58,521 bases of DNA from Halapricum sp. (GCA_036628575.1 JAZKRQ010000001.1:1-58521), one strand, 5' to 3'; positions 30,361-41,640 are shown, numbered from the stretch's first letter. Made by a program: numbers and translations. Notes: generated by a model from the letters alone, not told the origin.

Positions 30361-32994
30361 ATGAAGCACACAGAACAAGCGATACCACAGAACACGAGAG
30401 AATCGAAGAGTTTGAACGACCAGTGGACGTTCCGGATCGATCCGGAAAGCAACGGTAACAAGGACGAGTGGTACGACCCGGCGACGGACTGGGACGATAC
30501 GCGCACGGTTTCCGTTCCCCACTCCTGGCAAGAACACGAAGACCTCCGTACGTACACTGGGACGGCCTGGTATCGTACGACGTTTACCTTCGACAGTCTC
30601 GAAGACGGACAGCAAGCGTTGCTGTCCTTCGGTGCGGTCGACTACGAGACGACGGTCTGGGTCAACGGCCAGCGCGTCGGCGAGCACCGCGGTGGCTATC
30701 TCCCGTTTACTGTCGACGCGACCACAGCTATCGAACCCGGGGAGAATACCGTCGCCATTCGCGTTCACGATCCCGAAGATATCTCCGAGATCCCACACGG
30801 CAAACAGGGTGCAGAATGGTACACCCGGGTCAGTGGCCCCTGGCAGGGCATCGACCTCGTAGTCGTTCCGGAAGTCCGGGTAAACGACCTTCGGGTGACC
30901 CCCGATCTCGACTCCGGTACCGCAGACGTAGCCATCTCCGTGTCCCGGGATACGCGATCGTTCACAGCAACGGTGCGTATCTCGCGCGACGGATCCGTCG
31001 TCTCGGAGACTTCCGCGACAGTCCAGGACGGGACGGTCGAAGAATCGGTATCGATTCCCGATCCCGACTACTGGACACCTGAAACCCCCGATCTCTACGA
31101 TATCGAGGTGACGCTCTCGGACGGAGAAGACGCCCTCGATTCCTACGAGACGTACTTCGGAATGCGGAGCGTCGCGTACGACGACGGCCAGCTCTATCTC
31201 AACGGCGAGCCGTTCGAGATGCGTGGAGCGCTCGATCAGGCGTTCTATCCGGATACGTACTACCGGCCGGCCGACATCGAGACGTTCGAGGAGGAGATCC
31301 GCGCGGCCAAAGAGCTGGGATTCAACCTCCTGCGCAAGCATATCAAGCCGGCCCATCCCGAGTTCGTCGAACTCGCGGACCGCCTTGGCATCCTCGTGTG
31401 GGAAGAGCCAGCTAATCCCGATCGATACACCGATCGCTCGAAGGGAGAACTCCGCGAACAGCTGTTCGGCATGATCGACCGCGACTACAACAACCCGAGC
31501 GTGATCGCGTGGTCGATCTACAACGAGGAATGGGGTATCGGATACCACGAGGAAGAAGCATCGCTCTGGGAGGATCCCGAAAAGCAAGACTACCTCGAAT
31601 CGCTCTATCACGACGTCCGCGAATACGATCCCACGCGGCTGGTCTGTGACAATTCCGGCTGGGCGCACGTCGCGACCGATCTCAACGACTATCACGAGTA
31701 TTTCGTCGTTCCCGACCGCCGCGACGCCTGGCGCGACCGGCTTGAGGAGATCACATCGAATCCGAGCGATAACTACGGCGATGTCCGGACGGATCCGGAC
31801 GAAGCGCCGCTGCTCGTTTCGGAATTCGGAACCTGGGGGTTGGGTGACATCGAGGCGCTGTACGATCACTACGACGGCACGCCCCACTGGTTCGAGCACG
31901 ACTTCCTCAGCGGGCTGAAACGGCCCGGCGATCCCAAGGCGAAGTTCGAAGCGAGTCCCGCTTCGTCGGTGTTCGATTCGCTATCGGAACTGGCGACGGC
32001 CTGGCAGCGCCGCGAGTTTCAGAGCGTCGAGTCGATTATCGCCGACATGCGGGTTGAGGACGACGTGGCGGGATACGTTATCACAGAATTATCCGATATC
32101 GAGTGGGAATTCAACGGCCTCCTCGATTATCTCCGTTCGGAGAAGGCGTTCTACGAGTCGTTTGCCCGCGTGAACGCCCCAATGATGGTACATCTCGAAC
32201 CGTCGACCCACACTGCCTGGAGTGGCGACGAGATCGACGTCGACCTCGTACTTGCGAACGACCGCAGCAGTAAACAGTCACTCTCAGTAACTCTCTCAGC
32301 GGCCGGAGCGGAAACGACGGTGGACGTGACCGTGCCGTCACACGACACTGTCCGGGTGAAAGAGGCGATGACTTTCGTCGCTCCCGACGTCGCAGAGCTT
32401 TCGCCAGTCGATATTACCGCAGTGTCGTCCAACGTAGAACGATCGGTCACACGTGCGGTCTATGTCGCCCCCGACGATCGACGGAGCGAACGGATTGCTG
32501 TCTACACAGACAACGACGCACTCGCCACGGCGCTTGTTAGCCGGGGGTACGAAGTTCTCGACGATCCTGACACAGCCGCGGTCTCGGTCGTGACCGACCC
32601 GACCGGCGTCAGTGGACCCGCACTCGTGCTCCCCGAAGCAGACGGATACCTCACAGATACCGACCGTTTCGAGTATCGAGAGCTCCCGGAACGGGAAAGC
32701 TGGAACCTGTGTGCTTCGTTCGTCTATCAGGACCTCTTCGAGACGGTCGACGTGACGCCCGGCTGGGCGTTCGAGGACCTCTATCCATACGGCTACGTCA
32801 CGAACGTCTCGACCCGCGACGACGTTCTCGTCGGATACACAGAGGGATGGCTGGAGAACGGCGGTGCAATCACGGCCGTCCAGTCGACGCCCGATGGGGA
32901 CATCGGGGTCTGTACCCTCCGGGTAACTGACGTGTACGGAGAACATCCCGTTGGAACGGCCGTCGTCGACGAGCTCCTGTCCCGGCTCAAATAA
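30361..32994 (+). CDS. Glycoside hydrolase family 2 (paralogue 2)
   Basis: Same motifs as 19747-22419 (FGAVDYETTVWVNG, PHGKQ, YNEEWG, VSEFG). Confidence 0.88.
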   Translation: MKHTEQAIPQNTRESKSLNDQWTFRIDPESNGNKDEWYDPATDWDDTRTVSVPHSWQEHEDLRTYTGTAWYRTTFTFDSLEDGQQALLSFGAVDYETTVWVNGQRVGEHRGGYLPFTVDATTAIEPGENTVAIRVHDPEDISEIPHGKQGAEWYTRVSGPWQGIDLVVVPEVRVNDLRVTPDLDSGTADVAISVSRDTRSFTATVRISRDGSVVSETSATVQDGTVEESVSIPDPDYWTPETPDLYDIEVTLSDGEDALDSYETYFGMRSVAYDDGQLYLNGEPFEMRGALDQAFYPDTYYRPADIETFEEEIRAAKELGFNLLRKHIKPAHPEFVELADRLGILVWEEPANPDRYTDRSKGELREQLFGMIDRDYNNPSVIAWSIYNEEWGIGYHEEEASLWEDPEKQDYLESLYHDVREYDPTRLVCDNSGWAHVATDLNDYHEYFVVPDRRDAWRDRLEEITSNPSDNYGDVRTDPDEAPLLVSEFGTWGLGDIEALYDHYDGTPHWFEHDFLSGLKRPGDPKAKFEASPASSVFDSLSELATAWQRREFQSVESIIADMRVEDDVAGYVITELSDIEWEFNGLLDYLRSEKAFYESFARVNAPMMVHLEPSTHTAWSGDEIDVDLVLANDRSSKQSLSVTLSAAGAETTVDVTVPSHDTVRVKEAMTFVAPDVAELSPVDITAVSSNVERSVTRAVYVAPDDRRSERIAVYTDNDALATALVSRGYEVLDDPDTAAVSVVTDPTGVSGPALVLPEADGYLTDTDRFEYRELPERESWNLCASFVYQDLFETVDVTPGWAFEDLYPYGYVTNVSTRDDVLVGYTEGWLENGGAITAVQSTPDGDIGVCTLRVTDVYGEHPVGTAVVDELLSRLK

Positions 32995-33006
32995 CGAGAA
33001 CGCGTT

Positions 33007-33981
33007 TCAAATAGCGTCCCGGAGTTCCGCGGCCGACTCCTCGGCGAGCTTGTTGTTGATGTAGGTGCCGGCCCCGAGTTCGCTCCCGGCGAGGTGCTTG
33101 AGCTTGTCTTCGGTCCTGTATGGCGGATAGAACTCCATGTGGAAGTGGCTGTATTCGCTTTCGTCCGCCTCGCCCGTCGGCTCCTGGTGCATGGCCATAA
33201 CGTATGGCATCTCGAAGTCGAATAGCGCGTCGTAGCGCTGCTGTACCTCTTTGAGCAGCTGACCGAGCTGTTGTTCGTGAGTGTTATCGAACGCCGCGAG
33301 CGACGGGAGATGATCGTTCGCGTAGACGTGGACCTCGTACGCCCATCGCGCGAAATACGGCACGACTGCAGTAAAAGCGTCGTTTTCGGCGACCACACGC
33401 TCACTCGTGTCCCGCTCTTCGGTCACAAGGTCACAGAACAGACAGCGTCCGTGTTCGTCGAGGTGGTCCCGGCTCGATTGGAGCTCTGTCCGGACCTTCG
33501 GCGGGACGAACGGGTAGGCGTAGATCTGGCCGTGGGGATGGTGCAGCGTGACGCCGACGTCTTCGCCGCGGTTCTCGAAGATGTAGACGTACTCGTGGTC
33601 GGCCTTCTCGCCGAGGGTCTCGTAGCGGTCCCGCCAGAGCTTCACGAGCTTGACGAACCGCGAGACCGGCTCCTGGGACATCGTGCCGTCGTGCTCGGGG
33701 GTGAACAGGACGACCTCGCACTGGCCGTTGGCCGGTTCGGCGGGGAGGAGGTCAGACCCCTCGATGGCGGGTTCGGGCGGATCGGGCTGCAGCGACGGGA
33801 ACCCGTTCTCGACGACGGCCATGTCGTAGTCCGGTTCGGGGATCGCCGTCGGGTACTCCGCGCCCTCCTCGGTCGGGCAGAACGGACAGTAGTCCTCCGG
33901 CGGTTTGAACGTCCGTTCCTGGCGATGGGTCGCCGTGATAACCCACTCCTGGAGCGTCGGATCCCAGCGCCGTTCAGTCAT
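33007..33981 (-). CDS. galT: Galactose-1-phosphate uridylyltransferase (copy 2)
   Basis: MTERRWDP start matching copy 1; HPHGQ; GSELGAG. Confidence 0.95.
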   Translation of the reverse strand: MTERRWDPTLQEWVITATHRQERTFKPPEDYCPFCPTEEGAEYPTAIPEPDYDMAVVENGFPSLQPDPPEPAIEGSDLLPAEPANGQCEVVLFTPEHDGTMSQEPVSRFVKLVKLWRDRYETLGEKADHEYVYIFENRGEDVGVTLHHPHGQIYAYPFVPPKVRTELQSSRDHLDEHGRCLFCDLVTEERDTSERVVAENDAFTAVVPYFARWAYEVHVYANDHLPSLAAFDNTHEQQLGQLLKEVQQRYDALFDFEMPYVMAMHQEPTGEADESEYSHFHMEFYPPYRTEDKLKHLAGSELGAGTYINNKLAEESAAELRDAI

Positions 33982-34087
33982 CGTCCCCCTCCGACTGTCC
34001 GTCGACTGCCGCCAACTCGTCCGATTCGTCGAACTTGAAGAGTACGACGTACTTGTCGTTGTGATTGCGAACGCGTCGCTTTTGCAT
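33974..34087 (-). CDS. Conserved 37-aa small protein upstream of galT (not in ORF track)
   Basis: MQKRRVRNHNDKYVVLFKFDESDELAAVDGQSEGDDD*; overlaps the galT start by 8 nt. Confidence 0.75.
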   Translation of the reverse strand: MQKRRVRNHNDKYVVLFKFDESDELAAVDGQSEGDDD

Positions 34088-34180
34088 GGCTCTGGTGTGA
34101 TCCGTGATGTTCTAAATACATATTTGTACCGGTTATCGGAAACCATAACGTTAATAAAATAGTCATCGAGAGTCATAGAC

Positions 34181-35131
34181 ATGGAACTCACTGACAAACT
34201 GATTCTGGTGACAGGCGGCGCTGGGTTGATCGGTGCGCCGCTGGCCGAGCGACTGGTCGCGGACAACGACGTCGTCGTCGTCGACGACCTCTCGAACGGG
34301 ATTCGCGAGTCCGTTCCCGAGCAAGCGGCGTTCGTCGAGGGCGACCTGACCGATCCCGAGGTCGTCGCTGACGTGGTAACGAGCGACCTGGATGCAGTGT
34401 TTCATCTGGCGGCGGACAAGTACGTCAACGCCGAACGGCCGCGCGAGCAGTTCGAATCCAACGAGGCGATGACCTACAACTTGCTTGAGCGCATGGAGGA
34501 GGTCGGCGTCGAGAACGTGCTGTTCACCTCTTCCTCGACGGTCTACGGCGAGGCACCGCGGCCGACGCCCGAGGATTACGCGCCCCTGGAGCCGATCAGC
34601 GAATACGGTGCGGCGAAACTCGCCGAAGAAGGCCTGGTTTCAGTGTACGCGCACACGCGGGGGTTCACGGTGTGGAACTTCCGGTTCGCCAACATCGTCG
34701 GGCCGCGCTATGGCGCTGGGGTCGTGCCGGACTTCGTCTACAAACTCCAGGAGGATCCCGACTCGCTGACGATCCTGGGCGACGGCCGCCAGGAGAAATC
34801 CTACATGTACATTGACGACTGCATCGATGCGATGTGCCACGTCGTCGAACACGCCGACGAGCCGATGAACACCTACAACCTGGGAACGCGGACGACGACG
34901 TCGGTCACACGGATCGCGGACATCGTCAGCGACGAACTGGGCGTCGATCCCGAGTACGAATACACGGGCGGCGACCGCGGCTGGGAGGGCGACGTGCCAA
35001 AGATGCGCCTCTCGATCGAGAAACTGGCTGCCCTGGGCTGGGAACCGACACTCTCCAGCGACGACACCATCCGCCAGGGCGTGCGTGACCTGCTCGAACG
35101 CCCCGAGAACGAGCCTCACCTGAGTGGCTGA
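34181..35131 (+). CDS. galE: NAD-dependent epimerase, probable UDP-glucose 4-epimerase (copy 2)
   Basis: GGAGLIG, YGAAK; very similar to 4167-5114. Confidence 0.85.
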   Translation: MELTDKLILVTGGAGLIGAPLAERLVADNDVVVVDDLSNGIRESVPEQAAFVEGDLTDPEVVADVVTSDLDAVFHLAADKYVNAERPREQFESNEAMTYNLLERMEEVGVENVLFTSSSTVYGEAPRPTPEDYAPLEPISEYGAAKLAEEGLVSVYAHTRGFTVWNFRFANIVGPRYGAGVVPDFVYKLQEDPDSLTILGDGRQEKSYMYIDDCIDAMCHVVEHADEPMNTYNLGTRTTTSVTRIADIVSDELGVDPEYEYTGGDRGWEGDVPKMRLSIEKLAALGWEPTLSSDDTIRQGVRDLLERPENEPHLSG

Positions 35132-36220
35132 TCACGCCGTGCGGTCGACAGCGACCCCGCCCGAGGGGGAGACCAGGAAAAACCGCGAGTCGTGCTCGGG
35201 ATACTGCTGTTCGTATCGTTCGTGAACGGCATTGGCGATGCGTTCTGCCCGTGATCGATCGACGAGTGCGACAGCGGCACCTCCCCAGCCGGCACCGGTT
35301 AGTCGTGCTCCGTAAGCCCCTTCGTCTACGGCCACGTCGACGAAAAAGTCCAGTTCCTCACAGCTCGCTTCGTAATTGGTTGCGATGTCTTCGTGCGCGG
35401 TTACGAGGAGTTCCCCGACACGCTCAACGTCACCTTCGGACAGTGCTGCCGTCGCCTCCTGTACGCGTTCGTTCTCGCGATGGACGAATCCGAGTCGTCG
35501 ACGCTGACGATCGGAGAGCGTTTCCAGATCCCCTGGATCCACGTCTTTCGAAGTGTCGGCGTTCAGGGCGTCCAGTCCGGCCTCCACGGTCCCACGACGA
35601 TGATTGTACTCCGAGTCGACCAACGCACGTTCGACGCCGGTATGGTAAACGAGTATCTGCACCTCGTCGGGAACCGGCACGTGATCGTACTGGAGTGTCT
35701 CGGTGTCGAGATGGAGCGCGTGGTTCGCTCTCGTGAGCGCGACGGCGAATTGATCCATGATGCCACAGGAGACACCGACGAAGTCGTTTTCCACTCGCTG
35801 TCCCAGCAGTGCTAACCGCTCGCGCGAAAGACCGAGGTCATACGCGTCGTTCAAGAACCCGAGAACTGCCAGTTCGAGGCTCGCCGAGGAACTCAGGCCA
35901 GACCCAAGTGGTAACGTACCAGAGATCTTTCCGCGGAAACCGCCTGGAGCGTATCCCTCTTTACGAAGAACGGCGTAGCAGCCTTTTAGATAATCAGCCC
36001 AGTCGCTCGTTCGCGTCGTATCGTCTACAGTGAAGGTCCGCTGTTCGTCGAACGCGGCTGAGGTGACTGTCACCGTCTCGTCATCAGTCGGTGCGGCACG
36101 TAATTCTGTGTGGAGATCGGTCGCGACGGGCAAGACATATCCGCCCGAGTAATCCGTGTGTTCGCCGATCAGATTTACCCTGCCCGGTGAAATTACATGA
36201 TATGCATACTCCTCGTTCAT
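35132..36220 (-). CDS. galK: Galactokinase (copy 2)
   Basis: PGRVNLIGEHTDY, GSGLSSSA, CGIMDQ, GARLTGAGWGG. Confidence 0.95.
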   Translation of the reverse strand: MNEEYAYHVISPGRVNLIGEHTDYSGGYVLPVATDLHTELRAAPTDDETVTVTSAAFDEQRTFTVDDTTRTSDWADYLKGCYAVLRKEGYAPGGFRGKISGTLPLGSGLSSSASLELAVLGFLNDAYDLGLSRERLALLGQRVENDFVGVSCGIMDQFAVALTRANHALHLDTETLQYDHVPVPDEVQILVYHTGVERALVDSEYNHRRGTVEAGLDALNADTSKDVDPGDLETLSDRQRRRLGFVHRENERVQEATAALSEGDVERVGELLVTAHEDIATNYEASCEELDFFVDVAVDEGAYGARLTGAGWGGAAVALVDRSRAERIANAVHERYEQQYPEHDSRFFLVSPSGGVAVDRTA

Positions 36221-36374
36221 GATCAGTATCGGGTTGCTGTTCACAACGATAGAATAAAAATATTTTGTCGTTTCTAACCAGGCTGAGTTTATTTTGGTAG
36301 TCATCAAAAGGTGCTATCATTGCCGCGCCGTCCACCACAATCGGTTTGTATCCAGAGAGAGATGCATACTGACA

Positions 36375-37244
36375 ATGTGTGCTGTATCCATTACCGAGAT
36401 TGACGACCCGGAGTGGGGAAATTGCGTACAGCTGGCAAACGGAACTGTCCGGGCCCGGGTAGCGACCGAGGTCGGCCCACGAGTGCTCCATTTCGGGTTC
36501 GAAGACGGGGCAAACGAGTTTCGCACGTATCCCGAGGAGCGCGACGGGTTCCCGCTATATGGTGGTCACCGACTCTGGCACGCACCGGAGAAGCAGTCCC
36601 GCACGCACGTGCCCGATGACTCGCCCATCGAGTACGAAATCCAGAACGGATCCGTTTCCGTTACCCGGGATACTGATCCCGGATCGTCTTTGCGCCGCGA
36701 ACTCGAACTCCAGCTGTCGCCGTCCCGACCGTCGATGACGGTCACACATCGCATTTACAACGAAGGTGCCTGGCCCGTCGAGTTCGCTCCATGGGGACTC
36801 ACGGTACTGAAGGCCGGCGGAACCGCCGTATTGCCCTTCGACCGACAGGAGCCGGCGGACTCCGTGCAACCCGATCGGTCCGTCCAGTTCTGGCCATACA
36901 CCAATCCCGGGGACGACCGCCTTCGCTTCGACCGACGGGCGATCACGGTGCAACAGGACGACGACGCCGACGAACCGCTAAAGATCGGTACCACGACGAG
37001 CGAAGAGTGGACAGCATACATTCGAGACGGCCGCGCGTTCCGCAAGGAAATGTCGATCGATCTTGACGGGACGTATCCCGACGGTGGGAGTGCTGTCGAA
37101 GTCTACACGCGACCCGGATTCCTCGAACTCGAGACGCTCGGACCGCTCGAGACTGTCGAGCCGGGCGGGTGTGCTACGCACACCGAAGAGTGGACGCTCC
37201 TGGACGACGTTTCCGACGTCGACGACCTTGTCGGCGGGACCTGA
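36375..37244 (+). CDS. Uncharacterised protein, probable galactose-mutarotase-like fold (DUF4380-like)
   Basis: VGPRVL, YGGHRLWHAPE, YPDGG, ELETLGPL, HTEEW; divergent from galK. Confidence 0.65.
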   Translation: MCAVSITEIDDPEWGNCVQLANGTVRARVATEVGPRVLHFGFEDGANEFRTYPEERDGFPLYGGHRLWHAPEKQSRTHVPDDSPIEYEIQNGSVSVTRDTDPGSSLRRELELQLSPSRPSMTVTHRIYNEGAWPVEFAPWGLTVLKAGGTAVLPFDRQEPADSVQPDRSVQFWPYTNPGDDRLRFDRRAITVQQDDDADEPLKIGTTTSEEWTAYIRDGRAFRKEMSIDLDGTYPDGGSAVEVYTRPGFLELETLGPLETVEPGGCATHTEEWTLLDDVSDVDDLVGGT

Positions 37245-37789
37245 GTCGGCCCGGACATACCGTACGGACTCCGCCAGATACCCCCATTATCGCCGAGGAC
37301 TGCTATCGAGACGCTAGTGACATAGGTATTTTATATTAACTCAATATAAATATATCATATATCTACCTCCTGAAATATTTTGTTCACATCGAGTTGTCAG
37401 TCCCACAGTCGACGCACCGATAACGTCGTAATATGGGGTTATATGGGCTATACGCGCCATATCGTAGTGTTGATGAGCAGAGGTTCGATCCCGCCTCCGG
37501 GGCAGGCTACCTCGTCGATCCCGACACGGTTCGAGAGTTATATCGGGTTTTCAACCCCTCAAGTGTCGAAGTATGGGTAGGGACATCTCACACGGCTGGA
37601 GGGGGCGATCGATATAATCACCATATTCCAATGTATTATATATTTCTTATATTTCTTGCCGATCTCGGCCCCAGATCCAGATGACCAAAATATCATAAAA
37701 ACACAACATATATTCTAGATATATAATATTTGGAATGGCATATAGAGCCAGCTCTGAACGCCGTGTACGAGGGTCGTTTCGTCAGGAGC

Positions 37790-38122
37790 CTACGGCGTCG
37801 TGTAGGTAGTGATTCTATCGATCCGATCGTCTTCGAAGGTCAACACGTCGACGAACGCGGTGATACGGTTGCCCTCCGAGGAGAGGAGTCGCCCCTCGAC
37901 CGCCAGCCCGGACGGGGCTTCGTAGATGGCGTCCACGGGGTGTGTCGTGTCGGTCTGGGGGCGCTCCTCTCGCATGAATTCGACGAAGCGACCGGGACCC
38001 TCGATAGTCATGTCAGGGCGTTCGTGGACGAACGAGTCCGTCAACACCGAGTGGAGCGTCTCGTAGTCGTGCTCGTCTAGAGAGCGATAATACGTCCGGG
38101 CCGTCGCGACGCGGTCGTCCAT
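37790..38122 (-). CDS. NTF2/SnoaL-like protein
   Basis: ARTYYRSLDEHDY, FVHERPD, FVDVLTF; 110 aa. Confidence 0.75.
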   Translation of the reverse strand: MDDRVATARTYYRSLDEHDYETLHSVLTDSFVHERPDMTIEGPGRFVEFMREERPQTDTTHPVDAIYEAPSGLAVEGRLLSSEGNRITAFVDVLTFEDDRIDRITTYTTP

Positions 38123-38165
38123 ACCGGATACTGGAGGGCGGATGAGTAGAAAGCGGCGGTTCCCA

Positions 38166-39467
38166 CTACTCGTCGTCTTCGAGCTCGGCGGCGATCTCGG
38201 CGACCTCGTCGTCGGTGACGTCCGACTCGTCGTCCGCCGAGTCAGATTCGTCGGTGCCGTCGCCCTCTTCCCCGTTGTCTAACGCTATTTTTCCGGCACG
38301 TGCATCCCCGACCTGTTCGGCGTCCTCCGGCGCGACCTCGCCGACGGCCTCGGCTATCTGGTCCTCCTCGGCACCACTGGCTTCGCCCATCTCGACGCCC
38401 TTGCCGCCGTACTCCCGGGCACGGCGCTCGGCCTCGGTCTCGATTCCCCGTGTCTCCGCCTCATCGTCGTCCTCGACCTCGACGTTCGCGACTTCGAGAT
38501 CAACACCTCCGGCGGCCGTGTCTTCCGCCTCCGTCTGTTCGTCCCGTATCTCGTCCATGATCGACGCTTCCTCGTCGGGTTCGAGGAGTATCTCGCCGTC
38601 ATCGGTTACGATGTCGTCGGGATCGAGCGGTTCCTCGATGTCTCGGGCGGCCTCCAGCGGCGCTTCGGCGTCCTGACGATATTCCTCCCCGACGCTCCCA
38701 TTTCCGCTCGAGAACGCGTCGGCGGCGTCGGCCAGCCAGTCGGCGGCCTGCCACAGCGCGTTGGCCTTGCTGCGGGCGCGATCGAACGGCTCGTCAAGCA
38801 CCGGGGTGTCACTGAAGCGGAACGCGGTATCGAACTCGTCGGCGGCCTCCTGGAATTCCTCGCAGGCGCGCCCGAAGTCGCCCCGGGCAGTCATCCAGTC
38901 GCGGTCGCCGAAGGCGTTCATCGCGCTCGTGAAGGTCCGCCGGCCCTCGAGGTAGTGAGCGTGGCCGACCCGATATCGAGAGAGAGCCGTCGAGTCCCCG
39001 CCGATAGCCTCGATCGTCACGCGGATCGGTTCGATCTCCGGCAGTTCGTAGGGGTCGCGGGTCGTCCAGCGATACTGGATCATCCCGTTGAGATCGATCA
39101 CGAAGACAGCGCGCTGACACAGATACCCTTCCTCGCGGTCGTCGGTGACGTCGTAGGCCTCGGCGACCTCGCGGCGGGTGTCGCTCAAAAGCGGAATCTT
39201 CAGGTCGTACTCCGCGGCGAACACCCGGTGGCTGTGGACGCTATCGGGCGAGATCGCCATGATCGTCACGTCCTTCTGCATCGTGAAGAGGTCGAGTTCA
39301 CCGACGTCCGACCCGTCCTCGTCGCAAGCGGGATTGAAATCGGCCGGATAGAACATGAGGACGATCACCTCATCGCCGAGAGAGTCGGCAAGCGAGCGGC
39401 GGTCGAACTCCCCGTCGACGACGGCGGGCAACTCGAACGTCGGCGCGTCGTCCCCCGATCCAGGCAT
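38166..39467 (-). CDS. Redoxin (AhpC/TSA) domain protein with helical domain and acidic tail
   Basis: [28 protein letters not shown]. Confidence 0.8.
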   Translation of the reverse strand: MPGSGDDAPTFELPAVVDGEFDRRSLADSLGDEVIVLMFYPADFNPACDEDGSDVGELDLFTMQKDVTIMAISPDSVHSHRVFAAEYDLKIPLLSDTRREVAEAYDVTDDREEGYLCQRAVFVIDLNGMIQYRWTTRDPYELPEIEPIRVTIEAIGGDSTALSRYRVGHAHYLEGRRTFTSAMNAFGDRDWMTARGDFGRACEEFQEAADEFDTAFRFSDTPVLDEPFDRARSKANALWQAADWLADAADAFSSGNGSVGEEYRQDAEAPLEAARDIEEPLDPDDIVTDDGEILLEPDEEASIMDEIRDEQTEAEDTAAGGVDLEVANVEVEDDDEAETRGIETEAERRAREYGGKGVEMGEASGAEEDQIAEAVGEVAPEDAEQVGDARAGKIALDNGEEGDGTDESDSADDESDVTDDEVAEIAAELEDDE

Positions 39468-39572
39468 TGTAGGGGCAAATACGTGTACGTAGTTAATACT
39501 GCTGGCTTTGCTACACAGTCTGCGTGCTTCGATCCGGTCGGTTTTTGCCCCGAGGTCCCCTACGCGTTCGCA

Positions 39573-40067
39573 GTGGAGCTACACGTCCGCTACGAGGCCG
39601 ACGACGACCCCGAGAAGTGCAGCGCCCGCAAACTCGCCCGCTTCGAGCTGGCGACGCTGCACCGTTCGACCCGTGCGACCCCGCCGGGGATCGTCCTCAA
39701 CCCCTTCGCCGAGCGGGCGTTGTCGCCGGCTGACGCCGATCACGACCGCCTGATAGCGCTCGATTGTTCCTGGGAGACCGCCGAAGCGGAGGCGTTCGAC
39801 CTGGACGGGACACATCGAGCGCTCCCCTTCCTCGTCGCGGCCAACCCTGTCAACTACGGGACGGCCTTCCAGCTGAACACCGTCGAAGCCTTCGCGGGCG
39901 CACTGGCGATCCTGGGACATCGCCAACAGGCGGAGGAGATCCTCTCGAAGTTCTCCTGGGGTCACACCTTTCTGGAACTCAACGAGGAACCGCTACGCCG
40001 GTATAGCGAGTGCGAAGACTCGGCAGAGGTGCTCGACGTTCAGGACGATTACCTGGCCGAGGAGTAG
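39573..40067 (+). CDS. tsr3: 16S rRNA aminocarboxypropyltransferase Tsr3 (DUF367)
   Basis: [42 protein letters not shown]; GTG start. Confidence 0.9.
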   Translation: MELHVRYEADDDPEKCSARKLARFELATLHRSTRATPPGIVLNPFAERALSPADADHDRLIALDCSWETAEAEAFDLDGTHRALPFLVAANPVNYGTAFQLNTVEAFAGALAILGHRQQAEEILSKFSWGHTFLELNEEPLRRYSECEDSAEVLDVQDDYLAEE

Positions 40068-40181
40068 CGACTCGAACGGTCACCCGCGGGCCTGCTCCCG
40101 GACGAGGTGAACGACTCCCGGCAGGAGATCCAGTTCGGCCAGCGCAGCATCGAGGTCGACAGCATCGAGCGCGCCCGGTCG

Positions 40182-40529
40182 CTACGTTCGATCGCGGGCG
40201 ACGGTCGCGAGGTACGCCACTCTGATAGTGAGTACTGTAAGTCTGTCCCGGATCGACCCCACAGCGTCGTGCGCGGCCGTGTCCTCACCCAGACCGAGAC
40301 GCGTCCAGCCACCCCCGGTCTCCCTGTCGGCCAGGCCGTGCCGAACGGCAGTCCGGGGGAGCTTTTCCGGGAAGCGAGCCTCGACAGCATCCGCCCGGAT
40401 GCGGCCGAACGTCCGCCCGTCGACCCGGAGCGTCGGCGGTCCACCCCGACCCTCGCTACGGACGACACCCTCCCAAGTCGACACGGTGTCAAGGACAGAG
40501 ACGGTTCGTTCAGTCAGTTTATCATCCAT
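40182..40529 (-). CDS. Small protein, possibly DUF5519/luciferase-like
   Basis: VSTWEGV..LRVDGRTFGRI pattern; looks divergent. Confidence 0.45.
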   Translation of the reverse strand: MDDKLTERTVSVLDTVSTWEGVVRSEGRGGPPTLRVDGRTFGRIRADAVEARFPEKLPRTAVRHGLADRETGGGWTRLGLGEDTAAHDAVGSIRDRLTVLTIRVAYLATVARDRT

Positions 40530-40565
40530 TCACAAAGACGTATAATACCAAAACACATAACATCG

Positions 40566-41612
40566 TTAGTCGGGATCCCGGGATAGTCCGACCGGGTCCG
40601 TCGCCGATCCGAGCGGGCTGGTCGGTAAGCTCTCGGGGAGCTCGGAGTTATTGTATCCACGGGGCGCGATATCGTTCGGGGAGTCGGGGTAGCAAAGCGA
40701 CGCCAGCGTCTGGACGTGATCGCGTCCGACCGAGAGCTCGAACTGCCCGCCTCCGTACATCGTGATGTCCCGGTCCAAGCAGTACTCGATCGCCTCGAAT
40801 ACCGACTCGACGGTGCCGAACCGTGAGGGCTTGATATTGCACCACGACGGCTCGAACGGCAGCGACTCGATATCGGCCCGGGACTCGACCGGAACATCCC
40901 AGGAGATCCGGTCCTCGTGTCCGTCGAATATCGGGCGCGTCACGTCGGTGAGTTTCGGGTCCTCGATGACGGCGTCGGGGAACCCCTCGACGACGCGCTT
41001 ATAGAGAGTGGGATCAGCGTCCTGGTCGACCTCCGTACCCTCGTACATCCCCTTGAGATCTAGTATCCGCACCCGGTCTCTGGCGGCGAGGTCGTCGACG
41101 AGGTCGTCGTCCCACTCGGGTGTGGGATCGAGTTTGAGTTCGACATCGGGGTAGTGGATCGCCAGTGTGTCAATCCGGTCGGTCGTCGGTGGATCGCCCA
41201 GGCGCGTGCTCACGACGAACCGAACGGGGTCGTACTCGCGTCCGAGCACAGTCCCGAGGTCAGTCTCGGCCTGCCGGAGCGCGAGATCCAGCGCCGCGCT
41301 CTCGATGGCCCACCGGCGGTAGTGGTGGAACACCTCACTGTCGGGGGGTTCCGGGAACAACTCGACCGTGTCCAGCGCCGCCGAGTACTCCTCGAAGGTG
41401 AACTCGCCCGTCGGCAACGTCACCCCCTCCTGCTGGAAACGCTCGTGGTCGCGAGCCTCGTAGGTGACGTCCTCGCCGCGACCTGTCGTCCCCGCGCCAT
41501 GTAGTGCGACGACGGTGGTCGCACGGGAGAATCCGCTGGAGGTGTCGCGCTCGAACCCGTTCAGATCCCAGTCCGAGACGGTCAGTGACAGATCAGCGAC
41601 GTGGTCGTACAT
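40566..41612 (-). CDS. Enolase-superfamily (mandelate racemase-like) protein
   Basis: ESAALDLAL, LKLD, IEDP, NIKPSRFG. Confidence 0.75.
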   Translation of the reverse strand: MYDHVADLSLTVSDWDLNGFERDTSSGFSRATTVVALHGAGTTGRGEDVTYEARDHERFQQEGVTLPTGEFTFEEYSAALDTVELFPEPPDSEVFHHYRRWAIESAALDLALRQAETDLGTVLGREYDPVRFVVSTRLGDPPTTDRIDTLAIHYPDVELKLDPTPEWDDDLVDDLAARDRVRILDLKGMYEGTEVDQDADPTLYKRVVEGFPDAVIEDPKLTDVTRPIFDGHEDRISWDVPVESRADIESLPFEPSWCNIKPSRFGTVESVFEAIEYCLDRDITMYGGGQFELSVGRDHVQTLASLCYPDSPNDIAPRGYNNSELPESLPTSPLGSATDPVGLSRDPD

Positions 41613-41640
41613 GTACGCTCTGAAGGCGAGCAAACACTTG

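Noticed and set aside
33982-34266. 95-aa N-terminal extension of galT copy 2 in the ORF track
   Set aside because: Overlaps galE, absent from copy 1, and the region is better explained by the small ORF
37433-37684. 83-aa ORF in the AT-rich spacer
   Set aside because: No recognisable motif and atypical composition; a gene fragment cannot be excluded
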